This document shows, in pieces, positions 7,892 to 18,538 of a stretch of 64,000 nt of DNA. Under the pieces are notes generated by a model, which worked only from the letters and a program-made list of their open reading frames with translations, searched no databases and had not been told where the DNA came from. The position numbers were made by a program, and so were the translations under genes. How positions within the stretch are numbered: the first letter of the stretch is position 1; the number at the start of each line of letters is the position of its first letter. Origin of the DNA: Calditrichales bacterium (GTDB taxonomy: Bacteria; Calditrichota; Calditrichia; Calditrichales; J004); assembly GCA_965267575.1 (NCBI GenBank), contig OZ254086.1, forward strand, positions 3,520,001-3,584,000. Direction: 5' to 3'.

Positions 7892-10828
7892 ATGAAACTC
7901 CTCCTTCTCACCCTCATCCTCGCCGGCGCCATCTGCGCCCAAAGCACGCCGTCCGTCGTGATAAACGAGCTGCAGGCGGCTAACAGTAGCACCATCAGCG
8001 ATCCCGATTTTGGGGAGCAGGGCGACTGGATTGAGCTGTACAATACGGGCAGCAGCACGATCGATCTGGGCGGCTGGTTTTTGACCGATGACCCGGCCGA
8101 GCCGCTGCAGTGGCAAATCCCTGCGGGGACGAGCATCCGTCCGGGCTGGCATGCGCTGTTCTGGGCCGATGGTTACAACACAGGCCGCCACACCAATTTC
8201 AGCCTGTCGCGGGATGGCGAGTTTGTGGGGCTATACGCGGCGGACAGCAGCCTGGTGGATTCGCTCTCCTTTGGTCCGCAACAGGATGATTTTTCCTATG
8301 GCCGTTCACCGGATGGTGGAGACGCCTTTTTGATCTTTGACCAGCCCACACCGGCAACGGCGAACGCGGCGCAGGGTTACCAGGGTGTGGCCGGGGCGGT
8401 GACCTTTTCGCAAACGGGCGGCTTTTACAGCGGCAGCCAAAGCATCGTGCTGAGTACCGCGCATGTTGATGAAGACATCCATTATACCATAAACGGTGCC
8501 GTGCCCACGCAACAATCGGCCAAATTCCGTGCTGTTGTGCAGCTGGATACGACATCGGTCATAAGGGCGCGCGCTTTCCGCGACGGCTACCTGCCCGGGC
8601 CGGTGATCACCCACACTTATCTGATCAATGAGCAGGTGACGCTGCCGGTGGTCAGCATCGCCACGGACCCGGCCAACCTGTGGGACGATGAGACGGGCAT
8701 CTACGTGGAAGGCACCAATGGCATCCCCGGTTACTGCACCAGCCAGCCGCGCAACTGGAACCAGCCGTGGGAGAAGCCGGCGCACGTGGAGATGTTCGAG
8801 ACGGACGGTACACCGGGTTTCAGGCTGGATGCCGGTATCCAGATCGGTGGCGGCTGCACGCGGCTTTACCCGCAGAAATCGCTGGCGGTTTACGCCCGTG
8901 CCGAGTATGGCGCGGCTAAAATCAACTATAAGATCTTTGCCGATAAGGAAATCGACACCTTTAACAATGTTTTACTGCGCAACAACGGCCAGGACTGGTG
9001 GCGGGCTATGCACCGCGACGGCCTGATGCAGACCATCGTCAAGGATCGCATGGACATCGACTGGCAGGCTTACCGTCCGGCGCTGCTGTTTCTCAACGGC
9101 GCTTACTGGGGCGTCCACCCCATGCGCGAAAAGCACAACGAGCACTACCTGGCGGCCAACCACGGCCTGGATGATTCCGACGCCATCGACATCCTGACCA
9201 ACAACGCCAACGTCAAACAGGGCTCGGCCGATCTGTACGAGGCGATGATCGATTTTGTGGAGACGCACGACCTGTCACAGACGGAGAATTACGACTACAT
9301 GCGCGGGCAGATGGACATAAACGAATACCTCAACTATGTCATTGCCGAAATCTATTTTGCCAACATCGACTGGCCGGGGGGCAACATCAAATACTGGCGC
9401 GCGCACGGTGAAGGCAACAAATGGCGCTGGATTATTTTTGACACCGACCTGGGTTTTGGCGCCCACGGCCGCGGCGAATACGACAGCAACACCTTGGAGA
9501 ACGCCACCTCGGAAACGGAAACCTATTATGCCAATCCGCCGTGGTCCACGCTGCTGCTGCGCTCGCTGCTGGAAAATGACGACTTCCGCACGCGCTTTAT
9601 CCAGCGTTTCGCCATGCACCTGAACACGACTTTTGCGCCGGTACGGGTGCTGCAAATCGCCGACAGCATCCGCGGGGATATCGCGCCGGAGATGCCGAGG
9701 CACATTGCCAAGTGGCCCAAATCCACCTCGTTCAGCGGCGGCTGGCAATACCACATCGATAAGATCAACGAATTTGCCGAAAAACGCCCGGGCTACGTTT
9801 TTAACCATATCCGCCAGAAATTCGGTCTCAGCGGCAACGCCCAACTACGTTTAACCCTAAACGATTCCATTATGGGCCGTGTGCTGATCAACGGTGTGGA
9901 TACACGCAGCGCCGATTTTGAAGGCACCTTTTTTAAGGACGTGCCTATCCGGCTGAAGGCGATACCCGCTCCCGGCTACCGTTTTGCCGGCTGGCAGGGC
10001 GCGTCGCAAAGCATGCAGGATTCGATTGGCCTGACCTTGAGCGCGGATGCAGATCTGCAGGCGGTATTTAACAAAAGCAGCGATGCCGGTCTGCGCATCA
10101 ATGAATTCATGGCGTTGAACAACAGCACCATCACCGACCCCGAAGGCAGCTACGAAGACTGGATCGAGTTGTACAATTTTTCCGCTGAAGCCATCGATGT
10201 GGGCGGTCTTTACATCACCGATGATCTGCAGCAGCCGCAGAAGTGGCAGATCCCGGCCACGCAACCGGACAGCACCACCATCGCGCCGGGCGGTTTTCTG
10301 CTGCTCTGGGCCGATGAAGATACCGGCGACGGCGTACTGCACCTGGACATCAAACTCAGCGGCAACGGCGAAGAACTGGGCATCGGCCAGATGACAGACA
10401 GCGGCTTTACCTGGATTGACACACTGGTGTTTGGCGCGCAAACGGCCGATGTCTCCTACGGCCGCTATCCCGATGGCAGCGGTGATTTCACCGTTTTGGG
10501 CCATCCTACGCCGGGCAGCAGCAACATTCTCACCGCCGTGGATGAAAAGACGCCGCAGCTGCCCCAAACGACACAGTTGCTGCCCAATTATCCCAACCCC
10601 TTCAACCCGACCACGACCATTCGCTACAACCTGGCCCACGCCGGTCACGTTACGCTTGCCGTTTACGATATCAGCGGGCGTAACATTGTCACATTGCTGG
10701 ATGGCCGTCAGAACAGGGGAGAGCACAGCGTGGTTTTTGATGCATCGGAGTTGCCCAGCGGGTTGTATGTGGTTACGTTAAGGAATGGCGGAATTTCTCA
10801 AAGTAAAAAGATGCTGCTTTTGAGGTAA
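7892..10828 (+). CDS. CotH kinase family protein with two lamin-tail domains and T9SS-type CTD
   Basis: VINELQAAN..DWIELYN and INEFMALN..DWIELYN lamin-tail domains; NGAYWG, NIDWPGGN, WRWIIFDTDLGF CotH motifs; NYPNPFNP. Confidence 0.9.
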   Translation: MKLLLLTLILAGAICAQSTPSVVINELQAANSSTISDPDFGEQGDWIELYNTGSSTIDLGGWFLTDDPAEPLQWQIPAGTSIRPGWHALFWADGYNTGRHTNFSLSRDGEFVGLYAADSSLVDSLSFGPQQDDFSYGRSPDGGDAFLIFDQPTPATANAAQGYQGVAGAVTFSQTGGFYSGSQSIVLSTAHVDEDIHYTINGAVPTQQSAKFRAVVQLDTTSVIRARAFRDGYLPGPVITHTYLINEQVTLPVVSIATDPANLWDDETGIYVEGTNGIPGYCTSQPRNWNQPWEKPAHVEMFETDGTPGFRLDAGIQIGGGCTRLYPQKSLAVYARAEYGAAKINYKIFADKEIDTFNNVLLRNNGQDWWRAMHRDGLMQTIVKDRMDIDWQAYRPALLFLNGAYWGVHPMREKHNEHYLAANHGLDDSDAIDILTNNANVKQGSADLYEAMIDFVETHDLSQTENYDYMRGQMDINEYLNYVIAEIYFANIDWPGGNIKYWRAHGEGNKWRWIIFDTDLGFGAHGRGEYDSNTLENATSETETYYANPPWSTLLLRSLLENDDFRTRFIQRFAMHLNTTFAPVRVLQIADSIRGDIAPEMPRHIAKWPKSTSFSGGWQYHIDKINEFAEKRPGYVFNHIRQKFGLSGNAQLRLTLNDSIMGRVLINGVDTRSADFEGTFFKDVPIRLKAIPAPGYRFAGWQGASQSMQDSIGLTLSADADLQAVFNKSSDAGLRINEFMALNNSTITDPEGSYEDWIELYNFSAEAIDVGGLYITDDLQQPQKWQIPATQPDSTTIAPGGFLLLWADEDTGDGVLHLDIKLSGNGEELGIGQMTDSGFTWIDTLVFGAQTADVSYGRYPDGSGDFTVLGHPTPGSSNILTAVDEKTPQLPQTTQLLPNYPNPFNPTTTIRYNLAHAGHVTLAVYDISGRNIVTLLDGRQNRGEHSVVFDASELPSGLYVVTLRNGGISQSKKMLLLR

Positions 10829-10853
10829 AAGTCTCCCCCGCAAAGGAGGCGTT

Positions 10854-11825
10854 ATGAAAATATCTGTTTTGTGTTTTGTAATGATTTTCTCCGTTTCTGT
10901 CGCGCTTGCTCAACTGGTAGAAACGCTGGCACTATATAAGCCAAATGCGCCCCCGGTGACATACCACTATCAATATGAAGAATTTGATGATTGGGCTTAT
11001 AACGATACGACCAGAGTTTTTGAATCGATCAATTCCTACAAAACAGTTTATACGGACAGTATTGTCGCTACAGGCAAAGACTCCGTCACCTACTTTTTGA
11101 CGATCGAAGAAGAGGGCCTAAGGACCATTGAAAACAGCCAACGTGTCATTGAAAGAACAAATTTTACCGAAACGTCTCATGCCCGGATAATAAAGACAAA
11201 AAAATCGGAAGGCGCCGGTTCATATCGAATTAGAGGCTGGATTTTTCCCGATTCAACCTACCACTCTACCATTTGCCTTTATGACTCCGGTTTTGTCGCT
11301 TACCCGTATAAACATGTATATAATCTCTATGATGTTTCAGCGGATGACTCTTTAGAAATAAAAAACCATGCTGTCTATATTACGGTAAGACCTTATATGT
11401 TGAATGATTGCCTGGATAATTTTTATGAAGAACAGCATGTAGTTTCCGCTATTTATGGCCTGGTCGAATATCGCAGGTATTATTGGTATCACGCTCAGGG
11501 ATTTGATGAATCATATGATTTCGTTATAATCGATGATATTGATGCTCCGGCAAAAACTCCTGAGAATATTATTCTTTACCCGAACTATCCCAATCCCTTC
11601 AACCCGGCTACGACCATTCGCTACAACCTGGCCCGCGCTGGCCACGTTACGCTTGCCGTTTATGATATCAGCGGCCGCACTATTGAAACGCTGCTGGATG
11701 GCCGCCAAAACAGGGGAGAGCACAGCGTTGTTTTTAATGCATCGGAGTTGCCCAGCGGGGTGTATTTCTATGTTCTGCGCAGTGGGGCGTTTAAGCAATC
11801 GCGTAAGATGGTGCTGCTGAGGTAG
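10854..11825 (+). CDS. Hypothetical secreted protein with T9SS-type CTD
   Basis: GGAGG RBS, signal peptide, Tyr-rich unknown domain, NYPNPFNP CTD. Confidence 0.8.
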   Translation: MKISVLCFVMIFSVSVALAQLVETLALYKPNAPPVTYHYQYEEFDDWAYNDTTRVFESINSYKTVYTDSIVATGKDSVTYFLTIEEEGLRTIENSQRVIERTNFTETSHARIIKTKKSEGAGSYRIRGWIFPDSTYHSTICLYDSGFVAYPYKHVYNLYDVSADDSLEIKNHAVYITVRPYMLNDCLDNFYEEQHVVSAIYGLVEYRRYYWYHAQGFDESYDFVIIDDIDAPAKTPENIILYPNYPNPFNPATTIRYNLARAGHVTLAVYDISGRTIETLLDGRQNRGEHSVVFNASELPSGVYFYVLRSGAFKQSRKMVLLR

Positions 11826-11844
11826 ACGTATTCAGGAGAGTATT

Positions 11845-12405
11845 ATGAAAAGGATATTGGCCGTTTGCTTTATTGTTCTCTTTGCGAGCCAGGGTAATGC
11901 CATGGGCATAAAAATGCAGCGCACCTTTTCCAAAGACGCGTTGATCCAGTCCAAACCGACAGTGCTTTCCTATGACAGTTGCCGGTTTGACCCTACGGAT
12001 TTGCAGGCCCAATCTACAGGTTGGCACTTATCGAAGGGAGTGAAGTACGGTTTTTTATATGGCGGGGCAGCGGGACTGGCTTCATTGGCGATAACTGCTG
12101 CGGTAGACGGCTCAGATGGTATTACAGATTTGACCTTTCCATTCCTTATGGCCTGGATAGGTTATATTTACGGTAGTGCCCATGGTATTTACAAATATGG
12201 CGTGGATGAACTGACGGAGGGTAATTTTGGAGCAACGCTGTTTGGAGCAATTGTCGGGAGCGCCATATTTATCATACCGGCACCCGTTGGCGCGCTGGTG
12301 GCATTTAATATGACTAAAAAACCCAAAAGTCAGAAAATGCCTCTATCTCATCGGGCAAACAGATCTTCCTATGTCAAGATTATTTATTTCAGCCTTGCGC
12401 TTTAA
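11845..12405 (+). CDS. Hypothetical membrane protein with Gly/Ala-rich helices
   Basis: AGGAG RBS, signal peptide and glycine-zipper-like hydrophobic segments. Confidence 0.65.
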   Translation: MKRILAVCFIVLFASQGNAMGIKMQRTFSKDALIQSKPTVLSYDSCRFDPTDLQAQSTGWHLSKGVKYGFLYGGAAGLASLAITAAVDGSDGITDLTFPFLMAWIGYIYGSAHGIYKYGVDELTEGNFGATLFGAIVGSAIFIIPAPVGALVAFNMTKKPKSQKMPLSHRANRSSYVKIIYFSLAL

Positions 12406-12436
12406 AAGCAGATTTGTCGAGGTGCGGCAAAGCTTA

Positions 12437-14251
12437 TCAGCGCAGTATCATCATACGGATGGTGCGATTTATGCCTTCTCCCGCAAGTCGTAAAAAATAG
12501 ACCCCGGTTGGAAGGGCTTCTCCCTCGTCATTACGTCCATCCCAGGTAAAATCATGTTCCCCGGCGTCAAAATATGCTGTGGCCAGTGATCGTATTTTTT
12601 GACCACGTACGTCGTAAACATCGAGAGTAAGCCTGGCCGCATCTTTCAAAGAAAAAGAAATGTGTGTCGCGGGGTTAAACGGATTAGGAAAGTTTGGCTT
12701 TAAAGAAATCCGTTCCGGGATAACAGCCGGGATAACCTGCGCAAAAGCGACTGTGTTGACCTTTCCGCTAAAATCAACCTGGTCCAGCCTGTAATAAACC
12801 GTGCCTGTAGTATCGGCGTTAAAATCCATGTAATCGTAGTATCTGCTGCCACTGCTATTGGCGCTGCCCGGAATTTCAACTATGGGTATATAGGCCCTTT
12901 GCAGTCCTGTCTTTCGCAAAAGTCGCCATTTCCAATTATTAATCTCTGAATAGGTACTCCATTCAAGATGTACATATCCGTCGTAACTCCTAGCCGTAAA
13001 AAGCTCCAGAAATACGGGCAGCGACGCGTCGGGATCCGTAATAAAATTGGTCCATATCTCTGAAGTGGAAGTGTTTTCTGCGGCTACAAGTATATCGAGT
13101 CCGGGTTGATCCAGATACTGATACGAAAGGGTAGCATTATTAAAGTTGTTGCTGCCATTTTCAATAACCACATTCCAGTCGCCTGCAGTTACATTTTTCA
13201 AATTATTTTTGTCAAGAAGTACATATTGGATTTTTGAGGATACGGTCGCGCATACGATGAGCGTCGTGTCTGTAATTCCCAATGAAGGCCGTGTGCCGCT
13301 GTTCGCCTGCAATGTATAGGAGCTCCACGACCCTGCGGCGCTGCGTTTAAAAAGATAAAAAGTGGGCGTGCTGTTACCATGTTTGCCAATCATATAAAGG
13401 TTGTTATTTCCATCACGTACAATATTCGCATGGTCGTCAGCATCGGGATCAATTGGCAGCGATTCCGCAACCCAATTAGATGGCGTTGAAGGCGAGAGAT
13501 TGTCTGCCAGGCGGAAAAAGCGAAAATTTTTGTCACCGCTTCCCTCGCCAATAAATAACCCAATCTGGTCAGTTCCACTATATTTAAAAGCAATGGCGTC
13601 GGTAAGTGTGCTGTTATCAATGCCGGACACAATCTGAAATGTACTCCATGTTGTTCCGCCGTTGCTGCTATGTAGGCCTTTAAGCGCATTATCACTAACG
13701 TAGAAAACGAACAAATCGCCATCGAACGCCTGGGTAAGGCAAGCCGGGTCATCGCCAATTACGTTTTCCAGGTTTATCATAACCGGAAAGCCGCTGTCCA
13801 GCGTCCAACTGCCGGAAGAATAGCTCATCCTTGAAAATTTTTCATCCCCGCGGGAAACCACTATATAAAGTTTGCCACTTTGCTCATTTACAAAAGCATC
13901 CGCACTGGAAACACCGCTAATACCGGTGAAAGCATTTGCCGACCAGCTGCCGCCGTCATATTTATAAACAAACCAATTCCCCGATGTTGTTTTAAAAATG
14001 CCCCACCAAAATCCATCATAATAGACAACCTGGCTTTGATTGGCTTTTTCAATATCATCAGAAACGCCACTGACCACCTGCCCGGCGTTTAGCGCGCTAT
14101 TGCCCGCCACTGTCCGGCCAAAAAACACCAGACAAAGTAAAGCCACAAACTGCCATTTAATCAGTTTTGGGATTGTACGTTTAGAATGAATTTGTCCGCT
14201 TGGAAAACAGGTTTTTAACAATGTTGCCCTTGATTTTTGCGGCGATCTCAT
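12437..14251 (-). CDS. Secreted BNR/beta-propeller-like protein with LPVxL domain and T9SS/FlgD CTD (start uncertain)
   Basis: SSNGGTTW Asp-box; LPVFLELF..LEWSTYSEINN..YYRLDQVDFSG; NFPNPFNP..WDGRND. The listed start overlaps the upstream gene. Confidence 0.8.
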   Translation of the reverse strand: MRSPQKSRATLLKTCFPSGQIHSKRTIPKLIKWQFVALLCLVFFGRTVAGNSALNAGQVVSGVSDDIEKANQSQVVYYDGFWWGIFKTTSGNWFVYKYDGGSWSANAFTGISGVSSADAFVNEQSGKLYIVVSRGDEKFSRMSYSSGSWTLDSGFPVMINLENVIGDDPACLTQAFDGDLFVFYVSDNALKGLHSSNGGTTWSTFQIVSGIDNSTLTDAIAFKYSGTDQIGLFIGEGSGDKNFRFFRLADNLSPSTPSNWVAESLPIDPDADDHANIVRDGNNNLYMIGKHGNSTPTFYLFKRSAAGSWSSYTLQANSGTRPSLGITDTTLIVCATVSSKIQYVLLDKNNLKNVTAGDWNVVIENGSNNFNNATLSYQYLDQPGLDILVAAENTSTSEIWTNFITDPDASLPVFLELFTARSYDGYVHLEWSTYSEINNWKWRLLRKTGLQRAYIPIVEIPGSANSSGSRYYDYMDFNADTTGTVYYRLDQVDFSGKVNTVAFAQVIPAVIPERISLKPNFPNPFNPATHISFSLKDAARLTLDVYDVRGQKIRSLATAYFDAGEHDFTWDGRNDEGEALPTGVYFLRLAGEGINRTIRMMILR

Positions 14252-15488
14252 GTGTCGGGATATCCGTTTTAATGTGTAAAGCCGGCAAATGCTGAAGTGT
14301 TTTCGTGTAAAGCTGATGAAAAAGCGAAATCTCTTCCTTATTCAGTTGCGGCTTACGTTCTATAATTGATTGTGGATCGTTGTAGAGATATATCACACAA
14401 TCCGGTCGCGGAAACATACGACAAATAAGGTAGCGGAAAAATTTAAATTTTTTTACCGGTCTTTTTTTGTAGATATGGCGCAAATCATACACGTATCGAT
14501 CGGACAATACAACCTGGCCTTTTGTCAAAGCCGGCCGGACATATTTTATATAACGATACCACAATTCCAAATAGGTCAATAAATAGTAAAGCCACCCTTT
14601 AGTCAATCTTTTAATTAACAAGAGCGGATTGCGTATGGACAAATCTTCATCCGCGGGCAAAACAAGCTTATACTTTTTGGCCAGTTTGTAAAAGCCGGAT
14701 TTCGTTTGTCCCCAGGGGCCCATATAAACCACATGGTGTTTAACGCCCTTTGTTGCCCGCAACCTGTTTTCCACAGCTTCAATTGTCGTGCTTTTACCCG
14801 CGCCGTCAACACCCAAAAAGGCAAAATGCGTTCCCCGGTTTTTTGAAAATAAGCGTTTAAGTACACCGCCGGTTTTATGTTTAGGTTGCACGCTTGCGTT
14901 ATTCATACTGCTGATTATTTGATCGAAAACGTCAACCGTTTTTTGCGAAACGTGATCATATTCCTCCGGGCTGTTCAGGAAGCTTTCAAACGGATTTTGC
15001 AAAGCAGGGTTAAGCATTCGTTTTATATAGCCGGTGTCCAGGTCTTTTTCGGACAAGCCTTTAACTGCCTGAAGGTGTTTGGGCTGAAGGTGTTTTTTGC
15101 CAATGAAATTATGAAAAAAATAATGCAAAAGTTGATCTTCGGTTGAAAGACGAGAATAACCTTGACCATCCTTCACGATACGAGATAAAGCCTTATTAAG
15201 CTCCATGTACTTTACACCATTCTGGATAAAGGCATAGTGAATATCCAGAAAATAGAGCGAATCATCGTGCAAGGCGGCGACAACTTCTTTATCCCGCGCG
15301 CGTTGTCTCCAACTTGAAAATGAGTGTTCTGTTAATACAGAGATAAAGTCTTTGCGTTGGGAAGGGTTAACCAAAATATCTAGCTCATATAGTTCAGCCG
15401 AGGCAGGCTCATCGTCGCGAAGAAGGCAATATTGTATGCCACTCTCTTCTAAGGATTTAAGCAGGGAAACAAAAGGATTGGTGGACAT
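14181..15488 (-). CDS. Nucleotidyltransferase-like plus thymidylate-kinase-like fusion
   Basis: N-terminal YCLLR...ELDILV...LDIH; C-terminal P-loop GVDGAGKST, SDRYVYD and PRPD. Confidence 0.75.
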   Translation of the reverse strand: MSTNPFVSLLKSLEESGIQYCLLRDDEPASAELYELDILVNPSQRKDFISVLTEHSFSSWRQRARDKEVVAALHDDSLYFLDIHYAFIQNGVKYMELNKALSRIVKDGQGYSRLSTEDQLLHYFFHNFIGKKHLQPKHLQAVKGLSEKDLDTGYIKRMLNPALQNPFESFLNSPEEYDHVSQKTVDVFDQIISSMNNASVQPKHKTGGVLKRLFSKNRGTHFAFLGVDGAGKSTTIEAVENRLRATKGVKHHVVYMGPWGQTKSGFYKLAKKYKLVLPADEDLSIRNPLLLIKRLTKGWLYYLLTYLELWYRYIKYVRPALTKGQVVLSDRYVYDLRHIYKKRPVKKFKFFRYLICRMFPRPDCVIYLYNDPQSIIERKPQLNKEEISLFHQLYTKTLQHLPALHIKTDIPTHEIAAKIKGNIVKNLFSKRTNSF

Positions 15489-15499
15489 ATTTGCCGAAT

Positions 15500-17143
15500 T
15501 TAGTTAGATGTAAATTTTTTATGAAAGTGGTTGATGACTGTTATTACGTTTTTATCTATCCAAACCTTATCATTGTAATCACGGTATGTCATCAGCTTGT
15601 AAATGCGGTCAAGCCAATATATTGCGACAAGCATTTCAGGGTCAATGGGTGTAGTCGCGGTCTTTTTAAAATATAGATTAAAAGAAGGCAAAAACTCGCT
15701 GGGGAAATGTTGCAAATTTAAAACAAAAGGTGCTAATCTATACTTTGTTAAATAGTTGTGACGAATGCTATCCATAAAAAGGCAGGAAAGGTCAAATAAA
15801 TTTAACTCATCAAATTCACCCATATCCCAATCAATCACACCTTTTAGTTCGCCATTTTTCTCAAAAATGCAGTTTTCAATTTTGAAGTCACCATGACATA
15901 TGCCCGCCATGGCGGTTTTGCCAAGAAGGGTTGCCCGCAATTTTTCGGATAGTAATTCAAAGCTATTCTGGATTGATTTTTCACAACCGCTTTTACGTTG
16001 TATAATTTTTATTTTGCCTGCCAGGTATTTGTCAAAAGTACTTTCGTCAATTGAGATTTGACGGGCACAATTTTCGTTTAGTTTAAGCAGGGCGTTAAGG
16101 GCTTGATCGTGAAGCTTAATAATCTTTTTACCGGGCTTTATAAAAAGCTGTCTTTGATTGTGGTGACCTTTAATTCGATTTTCAATGAAATAGGGCAATC
16201 CACTTTGTGTATTTATGCTAACAGGCTGAGGTACATTTCTTACACCGCTTTTATTAATCTCTTTTAATAGATCGTATTGCTTGTTTAGCCTGCTTAGCGC
16301 GGTGGGAGTAAGCGGAAGACGAATAATGCATTGCTTGCTTTTCGTAACCAGCTCCAGCAAAAGAATATTTGTTCCTGAAATAAAAAATTGTCTTATAGCC
16401 CGGTTATAATCTACTGCCGCGGGGTCATCGTGCCACGTATTTTTTATTATTTCCTGTATTATGCCAATAGAAGTATTCGTTTTTTCAGGATTTTTTTTAG
16501 CGAAGATGATGCTTTGTTGTGGGATAAGATAAAAATATCCTGCTTTTTTTATTACTCTTTTTATGCCGTTTGCATCGTCCCATGGCAACTGTGTTTTAAA
16601 GCCCCTTCTTACGAGGCGGCGTGGCTTATGAAGTCCGGGATCTACAAAAAAGAACCAATTTATATTGAGCCTGTTTTTTAGGTATCTGAAATAAGAGTCA
16701 TCATTTATTGTTTTTGAATTTTGAATAAGTCCGAAATTCCATAGCAGCTTTTTAACAGTATCACGCTTTTTTTTGCGCCAATTAAAAATTACAACGTCGC
16801 CGTTTTCTTTCACCAAATCGGTCAGTCGGTTAAATGCCGTATTAGACAGTGGCTTTCGTTTATCAATAACTAGGACGTCAAACTTTTCATTTTCAGGGAA
16901 GTCACTTTTTCCATAAATGCGAATGTCTTTAGCCTGAGGCATCTTTTGGGCAATATCTTCCGTAGACATTTCCGGCATCAAAAAAGTTATTTCTCGTCCA
17001 AACAGCTCAAAATTAAGATTTGTCCGTTCCTTGAAATCCGAGACAATCAAGACTTTTTTGGAGGAAGAGCTGTTTACGAAAAAAAAGATAAAGTTGAATG
17101 CCCAATCTCTGTTTAAAAATTCCATTTTACCACCCAATTCCAT
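15500..17143 (-). CDS. APH/choline-kinase-like phosphotransferase
   Basis: HGDFKIEN and VIDWD motifs in the C-terminal half; AT-rich. Confidence 0.75.
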   Translation of the reverse strand: MELGGKMEFLNRDWAFNFIFFFVNSSSSKKVLIVSDFKERTNLNFELFGREITFLMPEMSTEDIAQKMPQAKDIRIYGKSDFPENEKFDVLVIDKRKPLSNTAFNRLTDLVKENGDVVIFNWRKKKRDTVKKLLWNFGLIQNSKTINDDSYFRYLKNRLNINWFFFVDPGLHKPRRLVRRGFKTQLPWDDANGIKRVIKKAGYFYLIPQQSIIFAKKNPEKTNTSIGIIQEIIKNTWHDDPAAVDYNRAIRQFFISGTNILLLELVTKSKQCIIRLPLTPTALSRLNKQYDLLKEINKSGVRNVPQPVSINTQSGLPYFIENRIKGHHNQRQLFIKPGKKIIKLHDQALNALLKLNENCARQISIDESTFDKYLAGKIKIIQRKSGCEKSIQNSFELLSEKLRATLLGKTAMAGICHGDFKIENCIFEKNGELKGVIDWDMGEFDELNLFDLSCLFMDSIRHNYLTKYRLAPFVLNLQHFPSEFLPSFNLYFKKTATTPIDPEMLVAIYWLDRIYKLMTYRDYNDKVWIDKNVITVINHFHKKFTSN

Positions 17144-17572
17144 TTGGTGCTACCATAATATTGTACATGCTAACCCTATCATAGATAGCGTCTTTTCCCA
17201 AAAGAAAGTACGAAGTGTATTTTTTGTTAATATCGCGTCAAGTGTGGTGGGATGCTGGCTCGGTTTACGCGATAAAATTTTGTGCTCTAACAAATATAAA
17301 ACAAACTATTATAAATTGTGTGATTTTTTTGGCTGGATTTATTCTGAATAATTAAAAGAAACAAGTCGGGAATCTCCCCAGGCCGTACTTTCTTACTGAT
17401 GTTTAATTACTGTAAGGAGTATAAATTCAAAACGGCCTTCGTGTTTTATTGACTACTTTGGCCGGTCTTATTTTGCGCCAAAGTTCAATTTTTTACTTGA
17501 TATGGCAGTTCATAACTTCTGTGATTTAATGTTTTAATTTAATCAATGACAGATACGATTTTTGAAGCTTTT

Positions 17573-18538
17573 TTAATCAGATGAAGGATTCATAACATCG
17601 CTAAGTGATACCAGCTTAATTTCCGGATTTGCTTCTAAAGCATGTTTAATAATTGGTATATGACCTGATCCAAAAACAACTAAAACCCTATCATTATTAC
17701 TTCTAATAGCCTTCCGGATATTAGATACAATACGTAAGTTTCTGTTATACCACCAGCCGGAAATATTGTCCGCTGTTGGATACTCTCTGCCATTATTTAC
17801 CCCTATGTTGCCATATTTTTCGTTTATAAAATAGTCACCATGTTTAATATTTAAGATATGGTCACTATTTATCAGCATTAAGTAATCAGCAATGGTCATG
17901 GTTGTTTTAAGTGAATCCATGTAAGAGTAAAAATTAATGTAGCTAGCTGTATAATCATTTTTAAGGCTTTCGGTTAATTCCTCTTCTCGCATAATTTCGT
18001 CTCTTCTTTTTTTAAATTCTGTAAAATCGGAAATGATATAATCATATTCTTTGCCTCTAACATCTCCTGAGATTAAGCCAGAAAGCCCTAATCTTTTTCC
18101 TAATTTGAAGCCAATTTGAAATACTTCCTTAGATTTTAGTTCAAACCGATCATTTAAATATTCATGGTAAAGAGAGTCAAGCAGCTGTTGTTCGTTTTGC
18201 TTTACCTCTACAACAATTTTAGTGGGTTCGTATTTCTCCAAGGCTCGAATTAAATATTCCAACTCATCCTGTCTTTTTTGAGACATTATATTTACTGAAT
18301 ATTTGGGTTTATATAGATCAGCCCCTGCATCTTGAAAGTGAAAAACTCCAAGTAATAATACTTGAGGTTTAGGAGTGTCAGAACCGAAGAAATCAGGTAT
18401 TTCGATATTAACCCGGTCTTTTGATGGCTTGTCAATTGAGATGCTGTTACAATTTAACAAGCTTAAAACAACCGCAATTGATATTACGACTTTCAGGAAA
18501 CTTATATCGAATAGCGATTTGCGAATTTTGGAAGCCAT
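17573..18538 (-). CDS. DUF5694-like protein, probable lipoprotein
   Basis: VLLLGVFHF, PTKIVVE, E.FQIGF.L, WYNRNLRI and RVLVVFGSGH motifs; ATG at 18538 with GGAGA RBS. Confidence 0.75.
   Translation of the reverse strand: MASKIRKSLFDISFLKVVISIAVVLSLLNCNSISIDKPSKDRVNIEIPDFFGSDTPKPQVLLLGVFHFQDAGADLYKPKYSVNIMSQKRQDELEYLIRALEKYEPTKIVVEVKQNEQQLLDSLYHEYLNDRFELKSKEVFQIGFKLGKRLGLSGLISGDVRGKEYDYIISDFTEFKKRRDEIMREEELTESLKNDYTASYINFYSYMDSLKTTMTIADYLMLINSDHILNIKHGDYFINEKYGNIGVNNGREYPTADNISGWWYNRNLRIVSNIRKAIRSNNDRVLVVFGSGHIPIIKHALEANPEIKLVSLSDVMNPSSD

Noticed and set aside
10581..11760. Diversity-generating retroelement TR/VR pair
   Set aside because: Mismatches are mostly synonymous third-position changes, not adenine-specific, and there is no reverse transcriptase.
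14181..15488. Housekeeping thymidylate kinase (tmk)
   Set aside because: It has an extra N-terminal domain, an atypical P-loop context and an accessory AT-rich setting.
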